From assembly GCA_003427395.1 (NCBI GenBank), contig BFEA01000001.1, forward strand, positions 3,878,501-3,942,500: a stretch of 64,000 nucleotides of DNA. Direction: 5' to 3'. Origin of the DNA: Chara braunii (taxonomy: Eukaryota > Plantae > Charophyceae). Within the stretch, counting starts at the first letter, position 1. Each line of letters begins with the position of its first letter. Below the pieces are notes generated by a model. The model ran no database searches, was not told the DNA's origin, and saw only the letters and a program-made list of their open reading frames with translations. Shown here piece by piece: positions 49,094 through 62,040 of the stretch. A program made the position numbers and the translations under genes.

Positions 49094-50212
49094 GACTTTG
49101 GGGGGTTCTTGTCCATCTTGGTCTGTCATCTCTTCAACGAACGCATAGATCCCTATACGTAGTATTGCACATATCTGGCCTTCCAGCATATACATCTCGC
49201 TATACAGTTGCACAAAGCTCTACATTCGGGGGTTGGCCCAGCGTTGGTGCTTGTCACTACTGTCTGGTCCAATTTGCCCTCGATACTGGTAGGGTGATGG
49301 TCCTGAGTGTTGGTCAGACCGAGGTAGGATAGTAGGGACTGGGGGTGCGCTAGGCGTGGGGATGGGTAGGATAGGTGGCCTATCTTTTTTTTTTTTTTTT
49401 TTTCCATACTCACGAGACTCCCATCCTACCACCTCTCTCGATATATCTCCTGGCGCACCCGCACTCCTTTTCTATCTTACCTCATGTGAGGAACATCACT
49501 CTCTACTAGAGCAACCTGACCAGACAACGGATGCGGGCACTGACGCTGAATGGGCTCCCCCATTCAGCCCCAGTTGAGGCACCAGCCGAGGCACTAGCGT
49601 ACAAGCCTCATGATACGAATACCTCGGGAGCTAGGCGCGAAGTTCTCAACTAGTCTCGTGAGCAGTGAGGGCACCCATAGGCAGTGTCTAATAGTCGGCT
49701 AACCCATGAGCCCCCTTATCTCTAAGCACCAACCCAGCTTAGCACGGTTCATATATGGCTATTGTTGGTTGTTGAATATGTTGGTTATTGTTATGTGAGC
49801 TATTGTGATATCATAGTCTGTATGGATGTATGTAGTTGCTTTCTGCTACTAATGAGCCTTGCTTATGTCTGTTTGCTATGGAGAATCGACCAGTGGTAAT
49901 GGTGGAGACCTCAACCCTCATCAACTACCCCCAACCAACCGCTGACAAACCGCCTCCCCAAAATGGGTCTACAGCCATCGAGAGTAGGACACACCTCTTG
50001 ATTTGACATTGGTTTCCCTACAAGGCACCCCTGCCCACCATAGGACTGCCTCACCATGCACCCAAACAACCCCTTACCACTCTCCAGCCCATGAGAGAGC
50101 AACATTCATCCCACATAAACTCTCCTGCAAGAAAGGAGCATGTCCCCATCCAAATTCATCCAGAGGATCATCCCTAGCTGATATGACGAACAGTATATAC
50201 AAACATGATGAA

Positions 50213-50560
50213 TGAGCATAGTATGGAGTTGAACCCCGGACCTCCAACTTACAATATCAGAGCTCTACCCACTGAGTTATTGAGGTCATTAGTCTGTAAA
50301 GGCGCTATGCCAAGCTCGGGACAAGTACGTAGGGTGCAACCTACACCAACCAATTGTGCTCAGGGGAAATTGCGGCCCGACAAGATCGAACCCGCAACCT
50401 CCCCATTGCAACATAGGAGCTCTGCCCACTAAGCTACCACGTACTTGCTTACCAACTGGCCGTATCAAAGGTAAGGCGCCAAGTATGCCACAGACACTAT
50501 CGTGGGGGCAAAGGGAGTTGAACCCACGACCTCCAGAGTGCCACTTGAACGTTGTCGTAC
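50213..50560 (-). pseudogene. Three tandem tRNA-like (pseudo-tRNA/SINE-head) units
   Basis: A-box/D-arm TAACTCAGTGGGTAGAGC and TAGCTTAGTGGGCAGAGC; B-box GGTTCAACTCC / GGTTCGATC. Anticodon loops read TGT and TGC; acceptor stems are broken. Confidence 0.55.
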
Positions 50561-53500
50561 CAAATACCCTACAAGGGTATTTGGCGTGTTTTTTGCAAGC
50601 CACGTCGCCGTCCGAAGTTCACGACACTCTCGTGGGTGAAAGTTGAGTCCTTGCCCAGGTGAGTAGCGCACACGGTGGGTCGGCAACAGGTGCAACCACG
50701 CAGGGTCTGGGTGTGCACAGTAGTGCAGGCCAGCGGGACGCTCGGCCCTTCGACCCCTTACTTTTTTGTGCGACCTCGCGTTTATTCTTATTTTTATTAT
50801 TATTTTCTCTACTTTTATTTTTTTACCGTTTGGCTCGGCAATCGATTCCAACGCGGACGTCAGGACCGACGGGCCTGAATCAGTTGCTACGTCGTAGGGC
50901 ACGGGTGGTCGTCGTGGCAGTCGAGGACTTTGATTACGCGCTCCTTTGTTGGGCCCGCTCGGGTTTCGGCGTGTCCTAGAGGCTGGCAAAATTCCTTTAT
51001 CCGTCTGTCTTGAAACTTGGACCGGGGAGTTCAACGCGCATGCGAGCCGGTGGGTAATTAGCCCATGAGGCGGAAATAAACCTGGGCGGCGGGGGCCATT
51101 GCAGGCGTATAGTCCACCCCCCCGCTGTCTGTTGTGAGAGGGTTGTGTGTGAGCATGCCGCAGGGACCGGAAAGTTGGTGTACTAAGCCTGAGTCGGGCG
51201 AGACCAGGGCACGGTGGCGAGGCTGTAGGCTGCGTGCGCCCGGTCACACGGAAACCCTTCTCCACTTCGGCCTTCAAAGTTCTCATTTGAATATCTGCTA
51301 CTACCACCAAGAGCTGCATCGGGACCCGCCTCACCTAGTTCACACGGTAGGCTACGCAGCGGGTCTGCGCCCTCCGAGTCTTGCTCATCGAAGAGGCGGA
51401 GTTGTGAAAGGTCGAGCATAGGCCTGGGGTTGCAACGCCGTCCGTTCAGAGCTTAATGATCCAGCAAGGAAGTTAGTACACGCTCCTTAGCGGAGTTTGA
51501 CTTCCACGACCTCTGACCTGCTGTGTGTACCAGGCAACACCGGTGCGGTGTACAGGGTAGCGCACAGTATAGCGTTGCTGAGTCTCCGACTACCAGGCGC
51601 TATGGGCCAGAGCTGGTGCAAACGAGAACGGGGTAGCGCAAAGTATAGCATTGGGGAATCTCCGACTACTGGCGTTGTCGGCCTGAGCTGGCGCAAACGG
51701 GAGGAAAGCGGAGAGAAGAACGAACCCGAACGGGAAAGTGCGTCGAGTGTATGCAGAGAAAGAGCGGGTTATGGCGCGAGCAGGAGGGACAAAAAACCGA
51801 AGATCCCACCCGTTACTCAATGAAAACGGGCGGGGACAAAGGCGATCTTGGGGTTTTGACCCCAGGCAAATCGAATGGTGAGTTCAAATTTGGAAGAAGG
51901 TTAGTAGACAGGAAGGTAAATAAGATAGAAGGTGCGCTAAAGAAGAGATGGTGGGAGTAAAAAATCAAGATATCACTGATGGAATCGAGTGGAGTAAAAA
52001 TGTAAACAGGGGTTTTAAGGTAAGGCAACTCCGTTAATGATGTTAGTTAGGCTATTAGATTAGTAAAATACAAGTTAGTAAGAAATAATATCGCGCGAAA
52101 TATCGAAAGGTGGGTTATGGCCGCATAAGGAAAAGTAAAGTCTCACTCGATTCTTTACGGAATCGAGCGAGAGAGGAGTCGTCTCGAAGGTTTTGAAGGG
52201 TGGCGAATCTAGAAATGAGTTCGTATTTTGAGTTAGAAAGGTAGTTTTGGCACTATAGACAATAACAGTTGCGTGCGGGAGAGGCATGGTGAAGTCCTAA
52301 TGCACCTGGTCAGGTTTACGGGGAAGGTTCATCCTCATTCTGCACACTTCAATCGGTAAGTATCCACGCTACCCATCGGGTTTGCCAACGTAGTGTTATT
52401 CATCGTTGTTCTGAACTTCTTCTTTGTCATCGTTTCCGTGCTTACAACCACCGATCACGATGATTCGTCCTTAATTCGTTGGTTACCCGAGTGAGCTGCT
52501 CATCGTCCGTCGTGTTGTCGGTGCCCCGTTTGTAGTAATCTCACTTGTAAGATTCGCCCATCACCCCGTTTCCAACCTCGTTTTTCGTAGGTGGTCGTGA
52601 TCTTACCTGAAAGTCGTGTTGTAGTTGTCGCCTCTATGTTAACGATCGACATTTTCTCCCTGGCTATGATGACCGTCTTCTCCGCAGTGTCGTTCCGCTC
52701 TTTGTTGTAGAAGTATTTTTTCGGGTAGGTGGTGGCCAGGTGATCCTAACGCTGCATCCATCCTACTGTTGTGGATGTATCTACCCGTATTCTAGTCCGA
52801 GATACGGTTTGTCTTTACATGTTTTGCACTAGGTGGATGGAGGGCGCATCAACATAAGTAAGGAAGGATAAGGAGGAAGAGGGATTGGTGGGAACAAGGG
52901 AAGACGGTGAGAAAAAAAGTGGGGGCGATGTACTTCGCAAGTCTTATCAAAAGTTTTATTCGATCATGCTCATCGGTTGGGTCGAAATGGTCGCTCCTTG
53001 CTTCTCTGACGCACAAATTCGAGAAACAATGTTTTCTTTTCCTATGATCTTGAAGAAGATTCTTTCTCGTTGGCACATTCGTCGGCTGCCCAATTGACAA
53101 GCACATGAAACTCTTGGGCTGTAGAGCGAGCGAGTGTGGTTGAAAGGTCATACCGTATCTTCCTGATTGCCAACAAAAGATTCACTCATATTCTGCATGG
53201 TCCAACGACCAAAGTAACAAAGGCGTGCCAGTGAGGCCAGTCGTGAGGTTAGAGACTTGCTTGCTACCCTGTTTGTAGCCAATCCGACTGTCAAACGGAG
53301 GCAGTAAAGGCAGACCTCGGGGGTGAAGACTTACCTGGTAGGCAAATGTTGTGCGATGAACCAAAAGTCGGGTTGTGTATAGCGCTGCAAGGCCGCAAAC
53401 AGATGTGGACGTGAGACTCTCCCTAAGTTACGGAGCTTTTAATTCTGAGTGAGCTACATATATGCGCCCGCCGCCACTTAGGGCCAAAGAAAAGGTAAAG

Positions 53501-54369
53501 TGTTACTATGGCTAGCTAAGTATGTAGATGCGGCGACTGTTTTGGGTTGTGTCGCCCGATCGCTCTCTGCAGTTGGAATTAGCATCCGGGAAAGAAGTTC
53601 ACCTGCAACTCGGAGAGTCACACTTGTTGCGACTTGGAAACTTACCGGTTGGCTGACGCACTGTCCATCCTATCGGTTGAAGAAGCAAGAGTCGAAGTTG
53701 TATACTTACCTGCTGGCCGGTGCACTGTTTGCTTCTGAACAGAAAAGTCAGAGGCGAGTCACGAGTTTGCGAGTTTACCTATAGTCAAAGCACTTGAGGG
53801 TCGAGTATTGTGGAGCGGTGTAGGAGGGGTTTTGCAGCAAGTGAGAAAAGCGTCGAAAAATCAACAATTGACAAATTGACTTCATTTGACGAAGTTGCAG
53901 AGCACTTTCTGACCATCATTGAGGGACCCTCAGGTGCATCAAAGAATCAAGGCTCTCTCACGCGAGTCTAAGTGCACCTCTCTCGTATCTAAGCGAACGA
54001 CTTATTAATCCTCATTCTGTCCTTCTCATTCTCAGTTTAATTTTTTGATTCAGAAAGGAAGGTGACGGGGGAGATTGAAACCCGTAATCCGTGCCAAGAC
54101 CTTTGTGGGAGGTTCGCCCCACCAATTGTGGTGGGAGCTTTGCCGAGGTTCGGGCGGGACCCTGGAGGCAGGAGACTTTAAGGTAGGCCGACGCGATCTC
54201 CCTTAGGATCCCGTATACCCCTAGTATCTATACCACCCTTCATTCAGTTTGACTGAGTTTTGAATTTTTGTATATTTCTTTGACTTCAATTGAATCAGAG
54301 AGGAACTTTACTATGTCCGTTGAATTCATCTGCCTGAAATGAAAATTAGAATTTTTGCATGTGATGACT

Positions 54370-55473
54370 TAAAAAGACGCTGGAGATTAGGTCCGTCTAA
54401 CTCATCCGGTCGGTTTTGCTCGTTTGCTTAAGACATTGAAATGAGGCTGGAGATGAGGTATTTCTGACTGATCCGGTCACTTTGCTCGTTTGTGTAAAAC
54501 ATTGAAATAGGGTTGGAGATGAGGTCATTCTGACTGATCCGGTCGCTTTGCTCGTTTGTCTAAGACATTGAAATGTGGTTGGAGATGAGGTCCTTCTGAC
54601 TGTTCCGGTCGCTTTGGTCGTTTGCCTATTAAAATGGGGTTGAATATGAGGTCTCTCTGACTGATCTGGTCGCTTTGCTCATTTGCCTAAGACATTGAAT
54701 TGGGGATGAAAATGAGACCCTCCTGACTAATCTGGTCTCTTTGCTTGTTTGCCTAGGACATTGAAATGAGGTCGGAGATGAGGTCCTTCTGACTGATCAG
54801 GTCGCTTTGCCCGTTTGCCTAAGACATTGAAAAGAGGTTGAAGATGAGGTCCTTCTAACTGATCCAGTTGCCTTGCTCGTTTGCCTAAGACATTGAAAAG
54901 GGGCTATAGATGAGGGTCTGCTGATTGATGTGGTCGCTTTGCTTGTTCGCAAAAGACACTGAAATGGGGTTGGAGATGAGGTCATCCTGACTGATGAGGT
55001 CGCTTTGCTCGTTTGCCTAAGACATTGAAATGGTGCTGGAGATGAGGTCCTCATGACTGATCCGGTCGCTTTGCTTGTTTGCTTAAAATATTNNNNNNNN
55101 NNNNNNNNNNNNNNNNNNNNNNNNNNNNNNNNNNNNNNNNNNNNNNNCTTTGCTTGTTTGCTTAAAATATTGAAATGGGGCCGGAGATAAGGTCTTTTTG
55201 ACTGATCTGGTCGCTTTGCTCGTTTGCCTAAGACATTGAAATAGGGTTGGAGATGAGGTTTTCCTGACTGATCTGGTCGCTTTACTCATTTGTCTAAGAC
55301 ATTAAAATGAGGTTGAAAATGAAGTCCTTCTGACTGATCCGGTCGCTTTGCTCGTTTGCCTGAGACATTGAAATGAGGTTGGAAGTGAGGTCCTCATGAT
55401 TGATCTGGTTGCTTTGCTAGTTTGCCTAAGACATTGAAATGAAGCTGGAGATGAGGTCCTCCTGACTGATCCG
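54370..55473. repeat. 66-bp minisatellite, about 16-17 diverged copies, with a small N-gap
   Basis: Consensus gacattgaaatgaggctggagatgaggtccttctgactgatccggtcgctttgctcgtttgcctaa, head-to-tail with no spacers. Confidence 0.92.
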
Positions 55474-55906
55474 ATGTTGTGGTAAGTTAGTCAGTTTTGC
55501 TTGTTGACAAAGGTCTGACTTTTCTCCTTGTGAGAATATTTTAGGCTAGTGTGTTAGTGATTGCATGGGTTTTGACTGAGAGCAACTTAGAAAGTTAAAA
55601 AATTAACTAAATAAGATACAGGGTTCATGTCTTTGTAAATAAGGACAAGCAAAATATGAAAACTTTGAATGAACGAACTCTTGATTTTAACAGGTTGAAT
55701 AAGTTGTTGACATAACATGCTTGCTAACAATGTCTTGTCTTTTGTTAAAGCTCTGTCTTTTTTGCTGCTTAGTAGGGTAGTCTGTTAGTGCTCGCCACGT
55801 GTTGGAGCCTTTAGGAGTTAGTTTAATTCCTGCATTTTCTAAGTTAAGTTTTTTCTACTTAGTTCAAGTTATCGCATTTCCTGTGATCATTTATTTTACT
55901 TGGCGT

Positions 55907-56638
55907 CAGTGTTACCAGCCCGTACGTACGGAGGCCCCCGGGCGGACCTCCGTACGTTCGGGCGTTTGGGGTCCCGAACGGGGTCCGAACCCGACGGCGT
56001 TCGGCCCCCTCCAAAAATTAAAATATTTTGTTTCTGATTTTTTTTTAGTGAGTTCTCTATGACGTGAGGTACATGCCTATAAATTTTCAAGTCGTTTGGC
56101 TTAGCCAAATAAGAATTAAAAATCGCCAAGGATGGCGGTGTCAAAACGTGCTCGCCCACGTTTTTTTCCACTTTTTACTTTTTGTTTTCACTTTAGTTCG
56201 GGGTCTAAACAATTTTATTATTTTTTGAAAACTTTTTAGTGGGTTTTGTATTATGTGAAGTACACATCTGTAAATTTTCAGGGCATTTAACTATACCCAA
56301 AAAAAAAAAAAAAATCGCCAAAGATGGCGGTGTCGAAAACATGCTCGCGCACTCACTAAATTTAATTCTCTTTTTATTTATATTTATTTTTATTATTAGT
56401 ATTTGTTCTGTGTATTTTATTTTTATTTCAAATTTGGTAAGGAATTCAGAAGTTATGCTCAGGCAAATCTTGTTTAATTTATTTTTTTCCATAACACATT
56501 TATTTTTTTAGATTTTGTTGATGACTTTTTTTTTTTGTCTGCGTTCGGCCCGAACGGCCGAACGCATCCCCAAGGGGTCCCATACGTTCGGGCGTTCGGG
56601 TTTAGGCGTTCGGCCCATCCCGAACGCCGGTTACCCTG
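55907..56638. mobile_element. hAT-like MITE (732 bp) nested in the large LTR-like region
   Basis: TIRs CAGTGTTACCAGC / GCCGGTTACCCTG; 8-bp TSD cttggcgt / tttggcgc; subterminal cgttcgg/ccgaacg repeats. Confidence 0.75.
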
Positions 56639-58732
56639 TTTGGCGCTATATACATTTTGAAAAGTTACTCTTCCTACGAGAAGCGCTGCTGAAATTTCTA
56701 CAAAACCAATGAGTTGGTCAAATTTTGACTTTTCGAAGTTAGACTTTCGTCCGAGTTTTATATCTTGCTTAGTTAAAATATGGGAAACCTACTTTTCTGG
56801 CGGAGGTGTTGTCCAATTTTTGTTTTTACTAAATCAGGTAGTGATACAAAATTTGTCTTTGTGAAGTCAGAGTTATTTATGAGTTTTATATTTATCCTCG
56901 TATAAATTCTAAAAATGCATTTTTTTTACGAGAATAGCTGCCAAAATTTTCTTTGTTTTTAAAAGTTAGATTATATTTTGGTAGGAGAAGTCTTGACAAT
57001 CCGCCTTGTATAGGGGAGATGCTGCCATAATTTTTCTTTTTCTCTGAGGTCCATTTGAGAGATAGATTTAAGATCTAGTCTTATGAGATTTTGAGTGAGA
57101 TGTGATATGGTGATTTATTCTCTGTAGACATAAAGTTTAAGTGCTTGGGATTTGTTTATGTTATGTAACATGTAATTTTTATCGTTTTGATTCAAGATAT
57201 TATTAGTTCGGCCCGATTCTACGAGGATACGAGGATTATGTTTTTTATCTTTTGATAACAGGTTGGTTGGTTGATTGCCGATTTGTCAATTCACGACACA
57301 ACTTTGCTTGCACCTGTACCTCAACTTGATGCCTTAGCCCTGAGATTTGATATGTTTCTTTGAGAGTTTTAACATAACTTCTTTTTCACTGATGATTTTT
57401 TTTCTTTTAAGTTGGACAATGGTTGGGACTTGAGTGTGTGAGGCGTGGTGTAAGTTACAAAGAATAGTAGGTTGATCACATTGGTGTATGACAATGTGAC
57501 TTTCGTATGTGTTTGTGCTTCACGCAGGTAAGTATTTGAAATTTGTCTACGATTCTTATCTTGGAGGCAATGAGAATGATAACCATAAGTCGCGCGATCG
57601 GTATTCGTGATGAGTTTATCTTTCCCTCTTTTTATTATCTCAAACTCTGATTTTTAATGTGGATCTTTGAATGTCTATTTATTTTCTGATTGATTTTGCT
57701 TGTTAATATTTTTATCGTTGGATGTTCAAGTTCGAGGCGACCGTCAAAGTTAAGCCTTTTGACTTTTTTACAGGCGCTAGATGATGAAGCTCGTCTTTAA
57801 GACCATTAAGCGTCGACCGCCATAATGAGTCGGAACCTGTTTACCACCCACTCCCCAGAGGGTGCAGAAGAGGGTAGACTTTTCTACCTCGTTGGCGGTT
57901 GTCTAGCGTCGAGAGATTAATCAATCAAGGCTTGTGTTAGCCGACACTTGAGTGTCGAACGTGACCCTCGAGACCACTGAGGGCCGCACGATTATAGGTA
58001 CTATATAGTACGCCATCATTGCCACTGCTTGCGTATTCATGCATGGCTAGTCGATATGAGAAATTTTGCGTCCGCGTGGTTTATTGTGAGTCTCGCGCGC
58101 GACGCTTAACTGATTCCCGCGTCAGAAAAATTATGGTTTGGATACAGAAGGAGCTAGGAGTATTCTGTATAAGTAATTTGAATCTTTGTTATGGCGTGGT
58201 GTAACGAGTGGTATGAAGAATGCGCCCTAGTCGACCGACGACGAGTCGTGCTTGGGACGTTAGACCCCCAGTGCGTCGACTTGCGTACGGATCCGATAGA
58301 GGTGTGTGACCTTACGTACCCCCTGTACTACAGCGTACGAGGAACGTCATCGGCTGGGCCGCCTCGGCGATTGCAACTTATTAGCTTTCGCACGTGGTTC
58401 AGTAGCTCGACGGGGATACACGCACCCAAAGGATTGTGACAGCTCCCGCGTACCTCGCCACGTGGTTTGTAAAAAGCACGCCAAATGTGTTCAAACCAAA
58501 TACCGTTTAAACATAGCCTAAAAAAAAATATACAATAATTTTTCGAACATAACTGATTTGACTAAAACGGTTATCAAGTTGTACCTTGCGTGACCCTATC
58601 CTATCGTACAGGTTCGCGAGAGATATGACTGACATACTCCGTCGGAGCGCAACGCTCTACGATTAAAGTCCTGCAAAATTTTGCGTGATGCGGCCGAGAG
58701 GGTCCCTCAGTGGGGGTCGTGCGCTCGACAGG

Positions 58733-58753
58733 TGGTGTCGTTGCCGGGGATCG
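58733..58753 (+). promoter_or_regulatory. Primer binding site complementary to tRNA-Asp (Athila-type)
   Basis: TGGTGTCGTTGCCGGGGATCG versus TGGCGCCGTTGCCGGGGATCG (two C>T changes), 2 nt after ...ACA. Confidence 0.8.
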
Positions 58754-60989
58754 CAGCTGCCTACCGGGTTTGTTATGTGAACGAACCAAGGTTATTGGCA
58801 GACGAATTATCTAAGTAAAACGATAATCTTTAAGTGTCTTATTGATGATGGTGATTATGAGTGTGTGTGAAATGATTCAGAGAGGAAGTGTTCGATGATA
58901 CACTTGTGTACCTTGTCACTTAAGATAACGATTTTAGCGAGCATATTTTTATTCTGAGTATCTTGAGGTAATTGGTCGATGCCTTGTATACCTGATGCGG
59001 CTTAGGTTGAGTGCGGCGGCGTCAACATTGTTGGGTGTTTCTATTGTTAAATTAAGCAATGTTAACAACTGTTAATGCGCCAAGGCTAGTTGACTCATTA
59101 CGTGAGTGTTGTGCTAAGCTTGCTTTGAGAGGTAGTTAAGCTAAATTGAGGCGTTCACATCGTCAGTAAAACCTTGCTTCAGAGAAGGCTTCTCGTACGT
59201 GAGTGACATAGATGAAGGAGTAACTGATGAGCGCGAAGTGAGGGGTTTAATTATAAAAGTATTTCCTTAAGCTAAGACTGAGTTGTGGTACAATATGTAA
59301 TGTGATGAGTATTGTGTTTAGACTCTTTGGTGGCGTCGGTTGACGATAATATGAGTTACTTAGGGGATTGTTTAGTTGTAACTACCGATAAAACTTGAGA
59401 AGAAGCGGTTACTTGGCTAGAGGTCTGGATAATCCGAAGGCTAGCCTATGTTTTAAGTATATGTGATATAATGATTTCAATGTGTCTTTATTTTTTATTT
59501 TGAACCTTTGATTCAGTGTATTTTTTTTTGTAAAACAGTGAAAAAAATAATAATATTGTCAAAGAATAAGAGGGCACTGTTTTGTGTCATTCTGGTTTGT
59601 CTGTCTCTTTGTCTGTCTGTCCTTTCATTTTTCTTTTCTTCGTTCATCTTATTTCTTCTTCTACTTGACGTGCTTACGCTCTTAGTCAATAGTTATGTGA
59701 CAATATATATATTTTGTTTTTGTGGCAGTGTTATTTTGTTTACCTTTATATGTGCGTCGTTTTACTGCATTATTGTTTGATGCATGATTGATGATGTATG
59801 TATGAATTGTCTTCCAAGAGGACATAAACTCTGCATGAAACCCACGTCTGGAATGAAACCAGAGGTGAATGGGGTGACTTGTTTATGTGGAATGTGGTTC
59901 TTCCTAAAGAAAGTCAGTCATTTTGTGTAGTTGTTCTTAGAGGTAGTGCATTCTTGAATTGTTACTCACTCGTTGAGGCTTAAGGAAGTAGTAGTTATAA
60001 GTCTCAAGAATGGTAGTGAGACCCACACCGAAACTATGTTCCTAGTCCATTGTGGGGTGCTGTTATTTTTTCTTTGAATATGCAAGTAAGTACAATATTA
60101 GGTAAAAGAGGAGGAACAAAATTGTTCCCTTACTTAAAAACATTCATGGCGAAGTGGGGCAACTACTGCTTAGCCAGGGTGGATCTAGAGTGACGACCTA
60201 AGTCAGACTCTAGCTAGGCAGGGCCACCATACTTAGAGAGGTGCGAGATCGTACACCCGTTGTCTTAATAGGTATGAGTGGGGTTGTCTTGCTAACCTTG
60301 ATAGGTTCAGTAAGGTGCAAGCGCTGAAATCGAACAGGGTTGTGGTGAGGCTTGATCTTTAGAGTGGGGCTTAGGAGTCAAGATGTTATCCCATGAGCAT
60401 TACACCGCCCCTCTGTATTATATGCTTCGCTTAAAACTGAAGGAGTAACAATTGTATCATGTTGTTTACTCATTGCTAGTCTTATTTTGACCTTATAGAA
60501 TCTGCACTATGATTGAGAGTTATTTTATTGCATGACTGACAGTTGAGTCAATTTCATATTGTTGTTTCTAAGGTCTGTTGTGCTCTTCAGCTACAACCCT
60601 AACAACTAATTTGTGTTTATCATGATGTGAATTATTATAATGAGTATATGCTATCTATCATGGGTTGTACTGAATTTTGGATTCATGTTTTGAGTATCCA
60701 CGAATTTCATATATGTAAGTTTTATCCTTCCTTGATACTAGAAGTAATAATTGACTAATGCCTGAATTATGATTTTAGGGCTTTATCAGTAAATATTTGT
60801 GTTTTATTTTAGGTGGATATTTGTTTAAAGGCTCTCTTCAGTGTCGCTGTTGTTTTGAATAGGTTCTCATGCGCGCTCACATAATAAGCGTCGGGATAAT
60901 TTTAGTGGGATATATTTTATATTTGACTTAGTTTTGTAACTTCTTTCGAGTCTCGGTCCTAAGACCACTCGTTGTTTGTTCAGCAGGTG

Positions 60990-62040
60990 ATGGGGTCGAG
61001 GGAGCTCGAAATGAAAGGCTCTAAAGGGAAGATTAGGGTCGAGAAACTCGCCTATTTGTCGGGTCTGCGAGATTGGGAGCGAGACAACCTACCCAAGGTC
61101 GATAATGACTTCTTCAAGGGCTATCATGTTTATGACTTTCTTGATAAGTTTGAGCAGGTAGCGTCCCACTGGAAGTGGGAGAAGGAGTAAATGTAAAAAA
61201 AAGTTAGAAAGGATATCCATATAGATTTGAAGGAGGAAGTCAGTGGGTTGATTAGAAAAGCAGGGCCATCATGGATAAAATTTCATAATGACGTGTGGGA
61301 TACATACCGGCTACATAAAGAAAAACCGACCAAAGATGATTTTGAGAAGATAAATCGGTTCAACTATGTGTAAGTAGGGTATTTTTTGGCAAAGTATGAG
61401 AGTGTTTTTCGCAAGGTTTGGGCGCTGTCTGAATATGACAAGTGTTTCGTCTTCCTTATGAACGTTTCGGACGCAGAGCAGCGAGATTTGATTCGTAGGA
61501 CAAAAGGAAGACTCATATGAGACAAAATACGAGAGAATTTTGTAGAAATATATTTTGATCAATACCTCTGTCATACTCTGTGGGAAGCAAAAAGAAGAAA
61601 GGAGACTCGAGATAATGAGAAGAGTGAGTTTGACAAAAGACCAAATGACTTTGCAGCAGGTGCCTCTGAGGGTATGAAAGGTGAATTTCAAAAGGACGCT
61701 AAGAGCGTCACGAAGAATCATAGATGGAGTAAAGAAGAAAAAAAAAAAGTTATGTATTGAGAGAAAAAAGGTGAAGGCTAGAGTGAGGAACGTCGCGACT
61801 CATACCTGTGATAGGACGATTGACGTCTCAAACAAAAAGAGGAAAGAAAACCGAGGGCGCCACAAAGAAGCTGGTATAGCCTTCCCCCCGTTGCAACTGA
61901 TCCTAAAAAGGAATGTGATGACAATGAGGCATCATCAATTGCAAGTTTGACAGGGCAAAAAAATAGTAGACGGCGATAATAGTGGTCGAGATTGTATGGG
62001 GTTGTTGTGGGAAAGTCGGTCATATCCCTCGCAAATGCAA
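60990..62040 (+). pseudogene. Decayed gag-like ORF with CCHC zinc-knuckle remnant
   Basis: FFKGYHVYDFLDKFEQVASHWKW... continues through in-frame stops and ends near CGKVGHIPRKC (about 62006-62038). Confidence 0.6.

Noticed and set aside
50213-50445. Functional tRNA-Thr/Ala genes
   Set aside because: Acceptor and T stems do not pair properly; reported only as tRNA-like.
54370-55473. CRISPR-like array
   Set aside because: Units are contiguous and diverged along their whole length, with no unique spacers and no cas genes; the context is eukaryotic.
59224-59240. CTGATGAGCGCGAA as a minimal hammerhead
   Set aside because: No GAAA/stem III/NUH or stem I pairing could be built.
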